64,000 nucleotides of DNA from Octopus bimaculoides (lineage: Eukaryota). Positions within the stretch are counted from its first letter, which is position 1. Every line of letters begins with the position of its first letter. A program made the translations under genes and the position numbers. Shown one piece after another: positions 1 to 11,572 of the stretch. The notes under the pieces are model-generated. The model saw nothing but the letters and a program-made list of their open reading frames with translations. It was not told the DNA's origin and did not search any database. The stretch is from positions 201,440 to 265,439 of the forward strand of contig NC_068994.1 of NCBI RefSeq assembly GCF_001194135.2, read 5' to 3'.

Positions 1-49
1 CTGCTGTCGTGTGGTACACGGAACAGTTCTCAAAGAGAAACTGGACCGA

Positions 50-310
50 GACAAATTTGGCCGCCGAGTTAAAGCTATTTATAACAAACTATTGGCTCAC
101 CAGATGGTAGAAATATACTCTATCACGTGACCTTATTAGGGGCCGTGATTGGTCAGTCTGCGTTCTGGCGGGAACGGTTCGAAGAAGTTGCCGATTCGAA
201 TAATGATCAGTCACGTGATGACAAGGAATGGGTTCTCTACTACGCTCGCATTTATTTATATTTAAATGAGAAGAATGGCGATAGCAGTTTTGTATCTAGT
301 GGCGATAGGT
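50..310. promoter_or_regulatory. CpG-rich promoter-like segment (E-box x2, CCAAT x2, E2F-like, YY1-like)
   Basis: TCACGTGA at 123-130 and 211-218; ATTGG (reverse CCAAT) at 91-95 and 148-152; TGGCGGGAA (E2F-like) near 166-174; AATGGCG near 274. All lie in a CpG-rich stretch within an AT-rich background. Direction and target gene are not visible. Confidence 0.5.
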
Positions 311-702
311 AGTTTCACTACATATATATATATATAAATCCTGATCCCTCTTCATACTTCACTCTTGTCCGCTCATTTCAAACTTCTTTATCTACTCCTA
401 CACACATCTAAGTGGTAGAGCGCTGTCTCTGTACTGTACTGAAAGCTTGCAATGAATTTCAAACCGTGACCGACCTTCAGACGAGGGAAATTGAATCTCT
501 GACCTCTGTTCTTCCTTGGTGCACACTGCCAGGGGAGCAGGCATATTTACTCGGCAACACAAGCAAGAAAACTGGAGTAATCGAAGTCAAACCTCGGCTA
601 GATAACCACCAGGGTACCACCTTTTAGCACGTGAGCACTGACGGCAGCAGGGCCAACCGAAAGAAAGCTTTGGGGGAAATGCGGATAATGTTTTACTTTT
701 CA

Positions 703-752
703 TCAGTGTGTGTGTGAGAGAGAGAGAGAGAAAGAGAGAGAGATAGAGAGAG

Positions 753-790
<38 letters not shown>
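703..790. repeat. (GT)n/(GA)n compound microsatellite
   Basis: Direct reading of the sequence. Confidence 0.95.
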
Positions 791-792
<2 letters not shown>

Positions 793-1099
793 GTCATGAA
801 GTTACTAAACTTCACAGCATCTCAATAATCTTGCTGCATTTCTGATTGTGGAGTGGTATCTGACACGGTTAAAGGGTCACAGTTTCAAACTGCATCACTG
901 GCATTGCTGAGGCAGAGTCTAGAAATATAGATCTAAGTCTCGCCGACTCTGTAAGATAAGTAACACGTGGTAGGCTCGAGCAGTAAAGAGCTGAATTGAT
1001 AGCTGACAGTTATTGGTAGAATAACATTAAACAATTGGCCCAGGACATGATACAAGCCTCACACTCACATCAATTTACTTAGATTGAACGGTTATTATT

Positions 1100-1320
1100 T
1101 CGAGCGTTGTTCTGGCTTCGTCCCAGGTTTCCTGTGATCTGGATGATCTCTGGTCTAGTATTCCAACCGTGACCACCCTAGGTTTATTTTCAAGACAGAA
1201 TATTTAGAGCTAAATTAATCATTTTGTCATTCGTTATATAAGTTAGTACAGTGTGATCTGGGCAAGATTTGGCTGCTATTTTTAGCAAGTCGAGCGACAA
1301 CTTGGAGGCCTCCCTTCACA
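1100..1320. mobile_element. Degenerate SINE, family C (GAAATAGCAGCCAAAT / TTTAACCCCAGGTCA module)
   Basis: GATTTGGCTGCTATTTTTAGCAAGTCGAGCGAC is the reverse complement of the module at 7886-7930 and 42767-42790. Confidence 0.55.
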
Positions 1321-1342
1321 GTAATTTGCGGGACTTCCCTTC

Positions 1343-1343
<1 letters not shown>

Positions 1344-1394
<51 letters not shown>

Positions 1395-1475
1395 GGTGGT
1401 GGTGGTAGTGGTTGCACTAGTGCAGTTGTATAAGTGGTGGTGTGGGGGTGTAAGGTGGTGGTGGTGGTGGTGGTA
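1344..1475. repeat. (AGC)n followed by (TAG)/(TGG)n microsatellite
   Basis: Direct reading of the sequence. Confidence 0.95.
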
Positions 1476-2504
1476 ACAAGAATATTACCATATTGATAGC
1501 AACAACAATAAAATCGTGGAAAAACAAAAGAATAACAACCACAACATGATAAATAGAAGAATTACACGAGGGTGGATAAGGGGTGGGTGTCTGAGGTTAG
1601 GCGAGAAATAGTAACAACATGATAAATAGAAGGATTACGACAAGGAGGAACTGGGGTAGATGGGTAAGTAGGAGTGGGTGAGGTGGTGAGAAATAGCAAC
1701 ATGGCAGTCTCCAATGACTTGCGCTTCATCTCTGACATCAGACAGACTAGATTTATCTCCTCAAAATGAAGATTTCATTTTATATCCTCTCCACAACACA
1801 CACACACACACACACACACATCATACTCATATACTTATTACACAGACTGCTGCGCCCCTTTCCCTCCACCGCCATGTCATTTCCCGCACTTTATAATAAA
1901 TTGTGTGAGTTAATTACAACACGTCATTACACATCACCATCACCACCGCCATCATCATCATCATCATCATCATCACCTCCGTCACCACCATTAACCACGG
2001 AGCTATGGACCGATATTTATTTTGCTAAATTTCTAGATCCTGTAACTCGTTTAAGAAAGATTAGCCTCAGTCTACTGCAGTGCTATGAAGTCAAAAGTTT
2101 CAATTATCTGATCATATTACAGTTATCTCCCTTGAACACCACAATATACATTGCTATATTTCCTCAGTTTCTGTTGTGATAATCAAGTTTAATGTCACTG
2201 GAACATGTCTGTTACTTCCACCAGTTGGTTTTGAACTTTCCTATCTTCTCCAAGTTAAGTTCATCTGATCTTCTTCGAGTTATCTCCCCTCCTTGTCTAG
2301 CTTTAAAGGTTCTTTCTTTCTTCTACTGACTGCATAGATAATCTCACTTAAAGTTTTCAACTGCCGACAGCTACCATACAGATGTAGTCAGCATGATGCA
2401 ATAGATTAAAGTTACATTCCTTCCCTTGGATATACGCAACACAAAGATACCCGTGCTACGTATATATTTAAAATGATGTTGCGTTAAACATAATTGTATA
2501 TATA

Positions 2505-2993
2505 GAATGCTTTGGCTGTGTTGCAATCGCTCAAGGTCGACCCGGGACGGCATATTTGCTCGAGAGCAACGCGACACTCGCGGTGCCATCCGCCCTTCCT
2601 CGGCCTCTTTTTGATCCACGACTGCAGTTCGGTCATGGAGACGAGCTGCGGGAAAGCGCGCCTCACAAACGGCGACCACACTTGTTCACCGTCGTCTACG
2701 TAGAGCCGGAGATGTCGCGGTCTCAGCGCGTGTCTGCGCATCATCAACCACGGCATGCCCAGCCCTCCTTTTAACGGGTGTTAGCAATAAATGGATCGCC
2801 TGACCATCGGAACGCTTCCTTTCCACAAGAAGCGGAAGAGAGTTCGTTCCAGTTTGGTGATGGTAGGGTCGAGACAGGGCATGACGGTCAGGCGGTAGTA
2901 GATGACGGACGCGATGTACGTGTTCGCCACCTCCGCCCGACCTTTTAGGGACAGTTTCCTCTCGGCCTATTGCCGGGCGAGAGTAGATAGATG
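2505..2993 (-). mobile_element. L1/Tx1-clade LINE ORF2 fragment (region just after the RT domain), inactivated
   Basis: Minus-strand translation LARQ*AERKLSLKGRAEVANTYIASVIYYRLTVMPC...KLERTLFRFLWKGSVPMVRRSIYC*HPLKGGLGMPWL matches the L1/Tx1 W.R.LSL.GR...LF.FLW...P...GGLG motifs. It has two in-frame stops and is locally GC-rich. Confidence 0.88.
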
Positions 2994-3064
2994 GATAGAA
3001 TAGATAACATCCTTTTGTATTATGGGAAACTCCGATATGTAATATTATAGACTACTACGAGACG

Positions 3065-3174
3065 GGGCGAGCTGGCAGAATCGTTAGCATACCGGGCAAA
3101 ATGCTTAGCGGCATTTCATCCGTCTTCGTGTTCTGAGTTCAAATTCCGCTGAGGTTGTCTTTACCTTTCATCCT
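3065..3174 (+). mobile_element. tRNA-derived SINE, family A (5' part)
   Basis: GGCGAGCTGGCAGAATCGTTAGC A-box-like head, GAGTTCAAATTCC B-box, then CCTTTCATCCT. Homologous copies at 4740, 16625, 26265 and 46685. Confidence 0.85.
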
Positions 3175-3587
3175 ACATTTTGAATCGTATATGTAGTATT
3201 ATTAGCTAATTAGAAACTATATATTTACAGTATGTATTTTACGTATTTAGTTGTGTTTAAGTATATCCGTAAAAAATGTAAAGCTCAGCAAAATGTTTTT
3301 TTTTTAAACTAATACACCGGTGCTTTCGTCCAATTTCCCTTGTGATACCTTATTTGTGTGAGTTGCACTGTGTCATAAATTCGCTCTATATACTTGCTTC
3401 TACATTAGGACATCGTGTCGTTCGCACCCTTCTCAATGGTATTAATGGTGTGAGGTGAACTGGATTCGAGCTACAACAAAAACACACCCAGATACGCTTT
3501 TCCAGGCACTCCAGCTAACATCACACACTTATTTACCTGGTATCCTTAACGGTGCAGGAATATTCAGTGTATAGTGATTGCAGTATA

Positions 3588-3680
3588 TGTGGCCGTAGTT
3601 AAGATGATCGCTTCATAACTACATGGTATGGAGTTTCGATGCCATTCAACGCCATCTTGAACAAGTGACTTAACTAAAGT
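3588..3680 (+). mobile_element. Diverged head of SINE family B
   Basis: GTGGCCGTAGTTAAGATGATCGCTTC...CATGGT...GTTTCGATGCC...CATCTTGAACAAGTGACTT resembles the family B head plus CORE-like segment. Confidence 0.45.
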
Positions 3681-4739
3681 ATCTTGGTGAAATTTTGTCC
3701 GTTTAAACTGTGGAGGCTCATCGGAGGGATTGGTTCAATTGTTGTGTAGTGGGCTTAATTCATCACCGCGTTTAAAACCGCCGAATGGTCTTTAGGGACC
3801 TTTGCTGGGGTCTAGTCCTTAAGTACTTTTAGTCGAGTCCACTATTTTGCAAGCCTTCGGACCAGATCTCCAGCTCGCAGACAATTCTCGCCACCACCAC
3901 CACCACCCGCTTCCTCTCACCAGCCTTGGAGTCTCTGAAGACGGTTGTGGATGTTACTATTCCTCCGGACTCAGAGATAAGACATTAAAACTTTTCCAGG
4001 GTCGAACCACGATATTTTCAACAACCAACAAAATAGTGAAATAAATAAGTTTAGAGAGAAGAAGTAAATGATATTTGGAAAAAAGTTTCAAAATAAAAAC
4101 TGATGTGTCATGGTTGGTTTTGGAGCTAAAAATAACAGTAAATTGCTAAGGGGTGTCAGGTAGCCAATTTTGGTGAGAATATAAAAAATGGAGTGAAGTG
4201 GAAAAAGGGAAAATGAGGTTTTGAGTATCAAAATTGATAGGGGTTGGATGAAAGCTGGCTGACACGCGGATTAATGATAGAATAAAAAGTCGAAATCACG
4301 CGAGTCCATTAACAAATTTGTTATCATTGTCACATTTAATTACATATTATCTCAGTTATTTCTTTAAAATTTCAAAGGCCAGGGCAAAAGTAAGGCAAAG
4401 AGTCGACGGTTATGCTTCATGTCTCAGAGATCAGCGTTCGAGATCGCATAGGCGTTATTACACATAGTTAAATGAACTAGTATATAAGTATATGTGTATG
4501 TCTGTGTGTGTATATGTGTCTGTGTGCATGCACATACAAATGCAAGTGTGCATATGTGTATGATACGACACGATTCACAGAATGAATATACACACACACA
4601 CATGTGTATAAAAATGTAAACAAACTTATAACTACACAATACACTGAATTCATAACACCATGTGCCAAGTTTGACGAGAAAATATGTGAAAAACATGTGA
4701 AACTTCGCTATCAGGTACACATATATCATTATTTGAGTA

Positions 4740-4937
4740 AATCATTGAGACACCGGGCAAAATTCTTAGCGGTATTTCTTTTGTTCTGATTTCAATTCCA
4801 CCAGAGTTGCCTATGACCCTTTGTGAAATATGTACCAGCTGAACACTGGGTTCGGTGTAATAGACTAGTCCTCCCACCACCCAAATTTAAGGCCTTGTGC
4901 CTATAGTAGAAAGGATTATTATTATTATTATTATTGC
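4740..4937 (+). mobile_element. SINE family A, degenerate copy ending in an (ATT)n tail
   Basis: CACCGGGCAAAATTCTTAGCGGTATTTC...TTCAATTCC...GTACCAG...GGCCTTGTGCCTATAGTAGAAAGGATTATTATT. Confidence 0.75.
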
Positions 4938-5346
4938 CTTTGCACAGCTTCTAATGCTGGAGATGTACTATGGTGTCAGCTGTTCACTACCAGTGAACTA
5001 AGGTAACACCCCTTATTTTCCGAGCACCATCCGGAGTATTTGAGTGGTTCCAAGAAGTACTGTCTTCTGCAGGTGCTCCACCCTTATTGCAGCCTCTATT
5101 TGTTCCATGTACCTCTCAATATTTTCACTCACTGTTCCCAGGGCTCCGACAATTACTGGTACTACTACCACCTTTTTCAGCGACAGCGACTGCTTAACCT
5201 CCCAAGCTAACCTGTCATATCTATCGACTTTTTTTTCTTCCTTGTCGCATGCCCTGTTGTCAGCTGGGCAGGCTATATCTATGATCCAGCATAGTTTGTT
5301 TTCTTTCTCAGTTAAGACTATGTCCGGCTTCCTATTCTCTATCTCG
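4937..5346 (-). mobile_element. R4/Dong-clade LINE, 5'-truncated copy: restriction-like endonuclease C-terminus, 3' UTR and (AAT)n tail
   Basis: ORF 5013-5393 reads EIENRKPDIVLTEKENKLCWIIDIACPAD...KEEKKVDRYDRLAWEVK...VVPVIVGALGTV...LQKTVLLGTTQILRMVL, a PD-(D/E)xK RLE of R4/Dong type. The stop is followed by about 75 nt of UTR and (AAT)n. Confidence 0.9.
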
Positions 5347-5434
5347 TTATTATTATCATTATTATTATTATTACTTCTCACATCAACACGCAACTACATT
5401 TGATGGGAAGATAACACCATTAAATCCACCCCCA

Positions 5435-5803
5435 GGGATCTATTTTAAAACAGGGGCGCCAGTTTTCATTTATGTTTTATGTAGTGTTTTTGGTACGGAA
5501 AGACTTTCAAACTTCGTATACTTATCTATTTCGTGTTATAGAACAGAAAAATATTTTTGTATTCGAATATATTTCATGTAAAAAAATTGTCTTATTTCGA
5601 TAATTTCTACTAATCACTGACGTCGATTCAGTTGAAAACAGTTAGCGCTGTAACGGTGTATATCGTATTAATCCCCTAACCCTAACGCTAACCCTAACTA
5701 GACTGTTAACCGTAACCCTAACCCTAAAACTAACCCTAACTCGAGAATCCGAACTCTAAAATTGTTACACACATAGATACGCACAGCGTAATTTATTATA
5801 TAA
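5435..5803. mobile_element. Probable non-autonomous DNA/Helitron-like element carrying degenerate (CCCTAA)n
   Basis: About 8 perfect or imperfect CCCTAA units at 5674-5740 sit inside AT-rich non-coding sequence that is cut by a gap. The family assignment is inference. Confidence 0.4.
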
Positions 5804-6700
5804 NNNNNNNNNNNNNNNNNNNNNNNNNNNNNNNNNNNNNNNNNNNNNNNNNNNNNNNNNNNNNNNNNNNNNNNNNNNNNNNNNNNNNNNNNNNNNNNNN
5901 NNNNNNNNNNNNNNNNNNNNNNNNNNNNNNNNNNNNNNNNNNNNNNNNNNNNNNNNNNNNNNNNNNNNNNNNNNNNNNNNNNNNNNNNNNNNNNNNNNNN
6001 NNNNNNNNNNNNNNNNNNNNNNNNNNNNNNNNNNNNNNNNNNNNNNNNNNNNNNNNNNNNNNNNNNNNNNNNNNNNNNNNNNNNNNNNNNNNNNNNNNNN
6101 NNNNNNNNNNNNNNNNNNNNNNNNNNNNNNNNNNNNNNNNNNNNNNNNNNNNNNNNNNNNNNNNNNNNNNNNNNNNNNNNNNNNNNNNNNNNNNNNNNNN
6201 NNNNNNNNNNNNNNNNNNNNNNNNNNNNNNNNNNNNNNNNNNNNNNNNNNNNNNNNNNNNNNNNNNNNNNNNNNNNNNNNNNNNNNNNNNNNNNNNNNNN
6301 NNNNNNNNNNNNNNNNNNNNNNNNNNNNNNNNNNNNNNNNNNNNNNNNNNNNNNNNNNNNNNNNNNNNNNNNNNNNNNNNNNNNNNNNNNNNNNNNNNNN
6401 NNNNNNNNNNNNNNNNNNNNNNNNNNNNNNNNNNNNNNNNNNNNNNNNNNNNNNNNNNNNNNNNNNNNNNNNNNNNNNNNNNNNNNNNNNNNNNNNNNNN
6501 NNNNNNNNNNNNNNNNNNNNNNNNNNNNNNNNNNNNNNNNNNNNNNNNNNNNNNNNNNNNNNNNNNNNNNNNNNNNNNNNNNNNNNNNNNNNNNNNNNNN
6601 NNNNNNNNNNNNNNNNNNNNNNNNNNNNNNNNNNNNNNNNNNNNNNNNNNNNNNNNNNNNNNNNNNNNNNNNNNNNNNNNNNNNNNNNNNNNNNACCACC

Positions 6701-6742
<42 letters not shown>

Positions 6743-7087
6743 GATGATGATGATTTTCATTATGTTTTTTTAAAAACAAAAACTTCAACGTACGCATTTC
6801 TATAAATCTCACAGCTATTTCTGCCAAAATGGTCAGCCGATTGTGAAAGAACATTATTTTAGCCAACCCTAACCCACCACCGATCCGAAACTTTTTCTAA
6901 TAATTTCCGGTTTTTACCGCTAGGGGGCTGTCGTCAAAAGTCTCATTCTAGACGTCCTAACATTCATCAAATACTTTCACCAATGCAAACACACAAATAT
7001 ACACACACAATCACACATACACACGCACACTCGTATATACAACTCACATGTTTCTATATTCTATTTTTAATTAATTTTCTTCATTTA

Positions 7088-7132
<45 letters not shown>

Positions 7133-7885
7133 AACAAAGACATAAATATTTCATGCAGTAAGTTTATTTATTTATTTGAAAATGATTTCTATGTCTTGTT
7201 AAATAATTTACCGTTTATTAATTAGTAAAAACTAATTTATAAAGTTCTCATTAACTATTCAGTTAGTTAAATGAATGTTATGTTGGCAGAGGTCAGGTTA
7301 GGATAGAAAACCATAATAAACAAAAAAAAAACAGGAATATTTGAGAACGCCATCTAAATCGAGAGATGATAAGTTTAACATCATTCCATACACAACTTGA
7401 GGAAACTATCGATAACTTTATCAAACTGAATGTAATCGATATTTTTGACAGACTTACAGTTTCCATTCCACAATATACAAGCCGCCATCTTAACCTCTGA
7501 TATTTCTCTTTACATTTTTACCTCTATAAGCTAGCGCGCGCGTACATGTGTTTTCGTGTGAGTGCGTGCGCGCGAATGTTTCTTCTCTCTTCCTTTCATA
7601 CACCGATCTCTTCTAAAAGTGAACACTGTAATGTTTTAAATGCCATTCTTACCCTACATTCAAAAAAAAAAACTTTTATTCTTGTTTTATGAAGTCGAAT
7701 GTGGCCATGTTGAGGCAACACCTTCAAAGACTAGAGTCAGTTGTAGAGACGTCAGGGCTTGGGTTTGTTTTAGTAATCTCTTGCTATTGTTACCTTCGTT
7801 ACTGACGTTAGCACAAAGGTATGTTCTGTCGAAGTGCAGACAGACAGACAGACACACACGTGCGCACGAGCAAGTCAATGAGAGA

Positions 7886-8078
7886 AATTTTACATGGTCG
7901 CTCGATGTTTGACTTATTAGAAATAGCTGCCAAATTACCTTCAAAATCTACCTTACCGCTTTAAAACGAGAAGAACATATTAGACACTGTAGTCATAGAT
8001 ATTTAAACAGACAGATTGAAGAATATTGGTCCACTGAATCAGCATAAGCCGAGGGCTAAACAACAACAACAACAACAC
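7886..8078. mobile_element. SINE family C copy with (CAA)n end
   Basis: TGGTCGCTCGA...TAGAAATAGCTGCCAAATTACCTTCAAAATC...CATATTAGACACTGTAGTC...GGGCTAAACAACAACAAC. Confidence 0.7.
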
Positions 8079-8139
8079 TGACATAGGACGGGCTTGTGTC
8101 TGACATGTTTCAATCATAAGGCATTATTTTATCGGCGAG

Positions 8140-8225
8140 TATAGCAAGAAACACTATAGCAGTGGGATTGAACCACGAACCACATGATAGCAAACGGAAC
8201 TTCTTAAACACAGCGCGATGCCTGT
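8140..8225 (-). mobile_element. Head fragment of SINE family B
   Basis: GCAGTGGGATTGAACCACGAACCACATG...CTTCTTAAACACAGC is the reverse complement of a tRNA-like A/B-box head. Confidence 0.6.
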
Positions 8226-8289
8226 TTATTGATTAATTTTATCTGCTAATCTAAAACATTAATTCTGTGATCAAATTTTGGAAACCAGA

Positions 8290-8480
8290 CGAGAACAGGT
8301 GAAGACCAATTATTGCATAACTCCTCGACTTCTCTGACATGATTTGGTGCGTTAAACCTTCACTTCGCACCTTCACTTCCATCGATCGATCCAATCCCAC
8401 TGCCAAGTACCACGCGCAATTCTTCCTACAGTAGCCTCATGCAGCGCCTTCTTGATCAATGGCTTGAGAATGAAATTTGG
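8290..8480 (-). mobile_element. Possible RTE-type LINE C-terminal remnant
   Basis: Minus frame ILKPLIKKALHEATVGRIARGTWQWDWIDRWK resembles the RTE G.R.RGRP..RW.D motif. Weak match. Confidence 0.3.
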
Positions 8481-8659
8481 TAGACAGAAACTGTGCGAAG
8501 CCCATCATAATCTGCAATTGTGTGTATTGTTGTTGTCGTCGTTTAGCCCAGGGACAATTATGGTCAAGCGATTCTACCATCTATTCAAGCACTAGCCACC
8601 TTTTTTTAGTATTTTGTATTTCTGGGACTACGGGCCGTATATTAAACCTCATCCACAGA

Positions 8660-9130
8660 AAAATGTCCTTTTAAAAAACCCGAACAAGTCGGTATTACAC
8701 AAAAGCAAACATTCCAACTAGCTATCTTCAACATTAAAGAACCTCGCCAACAACATAAGCCAGAGTGGCCCCAATATCATCCTTAAAACAATGTCCAGTC
8801 TCGAGTAGTACCATTCTACAATGAAGCCATGGAAGGATGGGAACTGAAGAAACAGTATACGTCCACAAAAGCCACCGAAATATACATAAAATCACACAAA
8901 AAGCAGAAAAGAAACATCAACTGGTTCAATCGAATTTTCACTCGAAATGTTTAAAACAAATGAGACAAAACATATTCTAATTAGCAAACATCTCTCAATC
9001 AACCATAAACAGCAGAAACTGTTATTCAATAGGAATAACATAAAGACTCGCTATGAGAAGAAACCGAAGACATGTCATTCAAGTTATAAATAGCTAGGTA
9101 TCCAGAAATCTACAACACATAACCAGAAGT
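8660..9130 (+). mobile_element. Penelope-like element remnant (RT thumb / linker)
   Basis: Frameshifted pieces PFKKP, KNLANNIS, KRNINWFNRIFTRNV and KHLSINHKQQKLLFNRNNIKTRY match PLE SNHP / RNIIWFNPPFS / HKL.K.FNRNN.K.SY motifs. Confidence 0.75.
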
Positions 9131-10308
9131 AGATGCAACGAATTAAAGCCATGTCTGTAAGAATTGCATAAAATATGTAATGTATGAGGTAAAAGAGAGA
9201 AATCGATAAAACATTGATATACAAAATGTATCAACTGGTTCTGCAATAATTATAGAAGAAACGTAACGTCTCGTTCGGAGCACATTGAGACTTGCGGGCA
9301 AAGAATTCGAATCTGGAAATAACAGAAAGCTCGGCTCTTTGCAAAATTTGTTCCATGATATTCCACGGTGATATCTAAAACTGTGTTTGTTCAACAGAAG
9401 AAATTCGACGAAATTAGATCCAGACACCAGAATATATTCAGTTGTAAAAACCGTTTCAGTCTGCATACTGGGTAGAGTTTTCCATGAGGCAACATCACTG
9501 GAAACAGCAGCTGAGATACAACCGCGCTGATTCAAAGAAGCAACAAACTCTCGGAAATGAAGGACAATTCAGAGATAGCAGACACAGAATACAAATCCCA
9601 CACAAAGTAATGAAACAAAAACAAAAAAACAACTTTTGTAAGTTCAGTTAATGAAGATGGGAAAGTGGTAAACAGAATATGAACGACAAATACAGGAAAG
9701 TACGAGAGCAGTCAATGAAAAATAATAAACAAAGAAGACAATCGACAGGCAGAAAGAGGAAGACAATTGAATTGGTTAATAAAAAACGATCTAAAATGAA
9801 CACAATTATGATATGATTATTGACTTGATTCTTTTAATTAATTACTGATGTAATTAATAATGAAAAGAAGAGCGACTGCTGAATTGGTCAATGAAAAGTG
9901 ATAAAAAGAATTTGATGAAAGAAAATGATGAAAAAAAAAAATTTTGATTTCAAAAACAATTGACAATTGTGACATAACAGACGTATTAGAAACAGGAGGA
10001 ACTGTGCATGGTACTTATTACAGCTAAATGGACTGAGTCATCGAGAAATAGAGGTTTTTGTCACGAATATAACAACACCGAAGACAAGAAGGGAACTGTT
10101 GACCATGCAACTAATGGAATGGTACAGCGTTTGTTCAACCAATCTGAATTGATTTTTGTTGATATCGTGAAAGGGATATATACACAGACGGCAACGGGCT
10201 TGTACGGTGCTAAGGGGTTCAATTGAGCATAACAGTCAGGTAACAATTCTATAAGATATCTAGAAATAACTTTTCACGCTCATGAACTTAGTACTTCCAC
10301 ATACACGA

Positions 10309-10350
<42 letters not shown>

Positions 10351-10945
10351 NNNNNNNNNNNNNNNNNNNNNNNNNNNNNNNNNNNNNNNNNNNNNNNNNN
10401 NNNNNNNNNNNNNNNNNNNNNNNNNNNNNNNNNNNNNNNNNNNNNNNNNNNNNNNNNNNNNNNNNNNNNNNNNNNNNNNNNNNNNNNNNNNNNNNNNNNN
10501 NNNNNNNNNNNNNNNNNNNNNNNNNNNNNNNNNNNNNNNNNNNNNNNNNNNNNNNNNNNNNNNNNNNNNNNNNNNNNNNNNNNNNNNNNNNNNNNNNNNN
10601 NNNNNNNNNNNNNNNNNNNNNNNNNNNNNNNNNNNNNNNNNNNNNNNNNNNNNNNNNNNNNNNNNNNNNNNNNNNNNNNNNNNNNNNNNNNNNNNNNNNN
10701 NNNNNNNNNNNNNNNNNNNNNNNNNNNNNNNNNNNNNNNNNNNNNNNNNNNNNNNNNNNNNNNNNNNNNNNNNNNNNNNNNNNNNNNNNNNNNNNNNNNT
10801 ATATATATATATACATACATACACACAGAGAAACATACACCAACAAGGAAAGGCTAGACCGACAGTGATCTATGCACAGGAATATGTGAATATGTTTATC
10901 TCTATAGACATACACGCATCCAGGATCAAATGCAACCGGCAGTAA

Positions 10946-10990
<45 letters not shown>

Positions 10991-11012
10991 ATATATACAC
11001 GTGTGTATGTGT

Positions 11013-11056
<44 letters not shown>

Positions 11057-11380
11057 CTAGATTCCTATGATGCATACGTATTCATATATGTTCAAGTGAG
11101 ATGTTAAGTGTGTCTGTGTATACATCCATATATAATATACACACATTCAGCCAACACTCGCCAAGAGTGAAAGACGTTAATATATAAATATATACGTATT
11201 ATTATACACACAGCCTCACACCATAAGAGGCTGTTACACATGCATGGTGTGTTATCTAAAACATTGCGACTGGGGTTCAGGGTTGCCTCCAATGTATATT
11301 ATTTCCATCTCATTTATCCGTGGTTTATTTTGGTTCAGTTGTATTCAACACAAATGCACCAAGGTTAAATACACACACGC

Positions 11381-11443
<63 letters not shown>

Positions 11444-11534
11444 CACACACATATGCAATTCCAATAAATACAATTCTCACTGCCGACGCAGACCACAGAT
11501 TTTCTTTTACATATACATAGATATATACATATAT

Positions 11535-11572
<38 letters not shown>

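Noticed and set aside
3065-3174. tRNA genes at SINE heads
   Set aside because: A- and B-boxes are present, but no complete cloverleaf forms and the heads continue into SINE bodies.
5674-5740. True telomere or chromosome fusion site
   Set aside because: The array is short, degenerate, single-orientation and embedded in other sequence.
9143-9535. 130-aa minus-strand ORF in non-repetitive sequence
   Set aside because: No recognisable domain or convincing splice sites. It lies next to a PLE remnant and is probably a chance ORF.
10008-10226. 72-aa ORF with faint similarity to a Tc1 DDE segment (or a death-domain-like frame)
   Set aside because: Key motifs (VWG, catalytic D) are absent and no TIRs were seen. 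The resemblance is at chance level.
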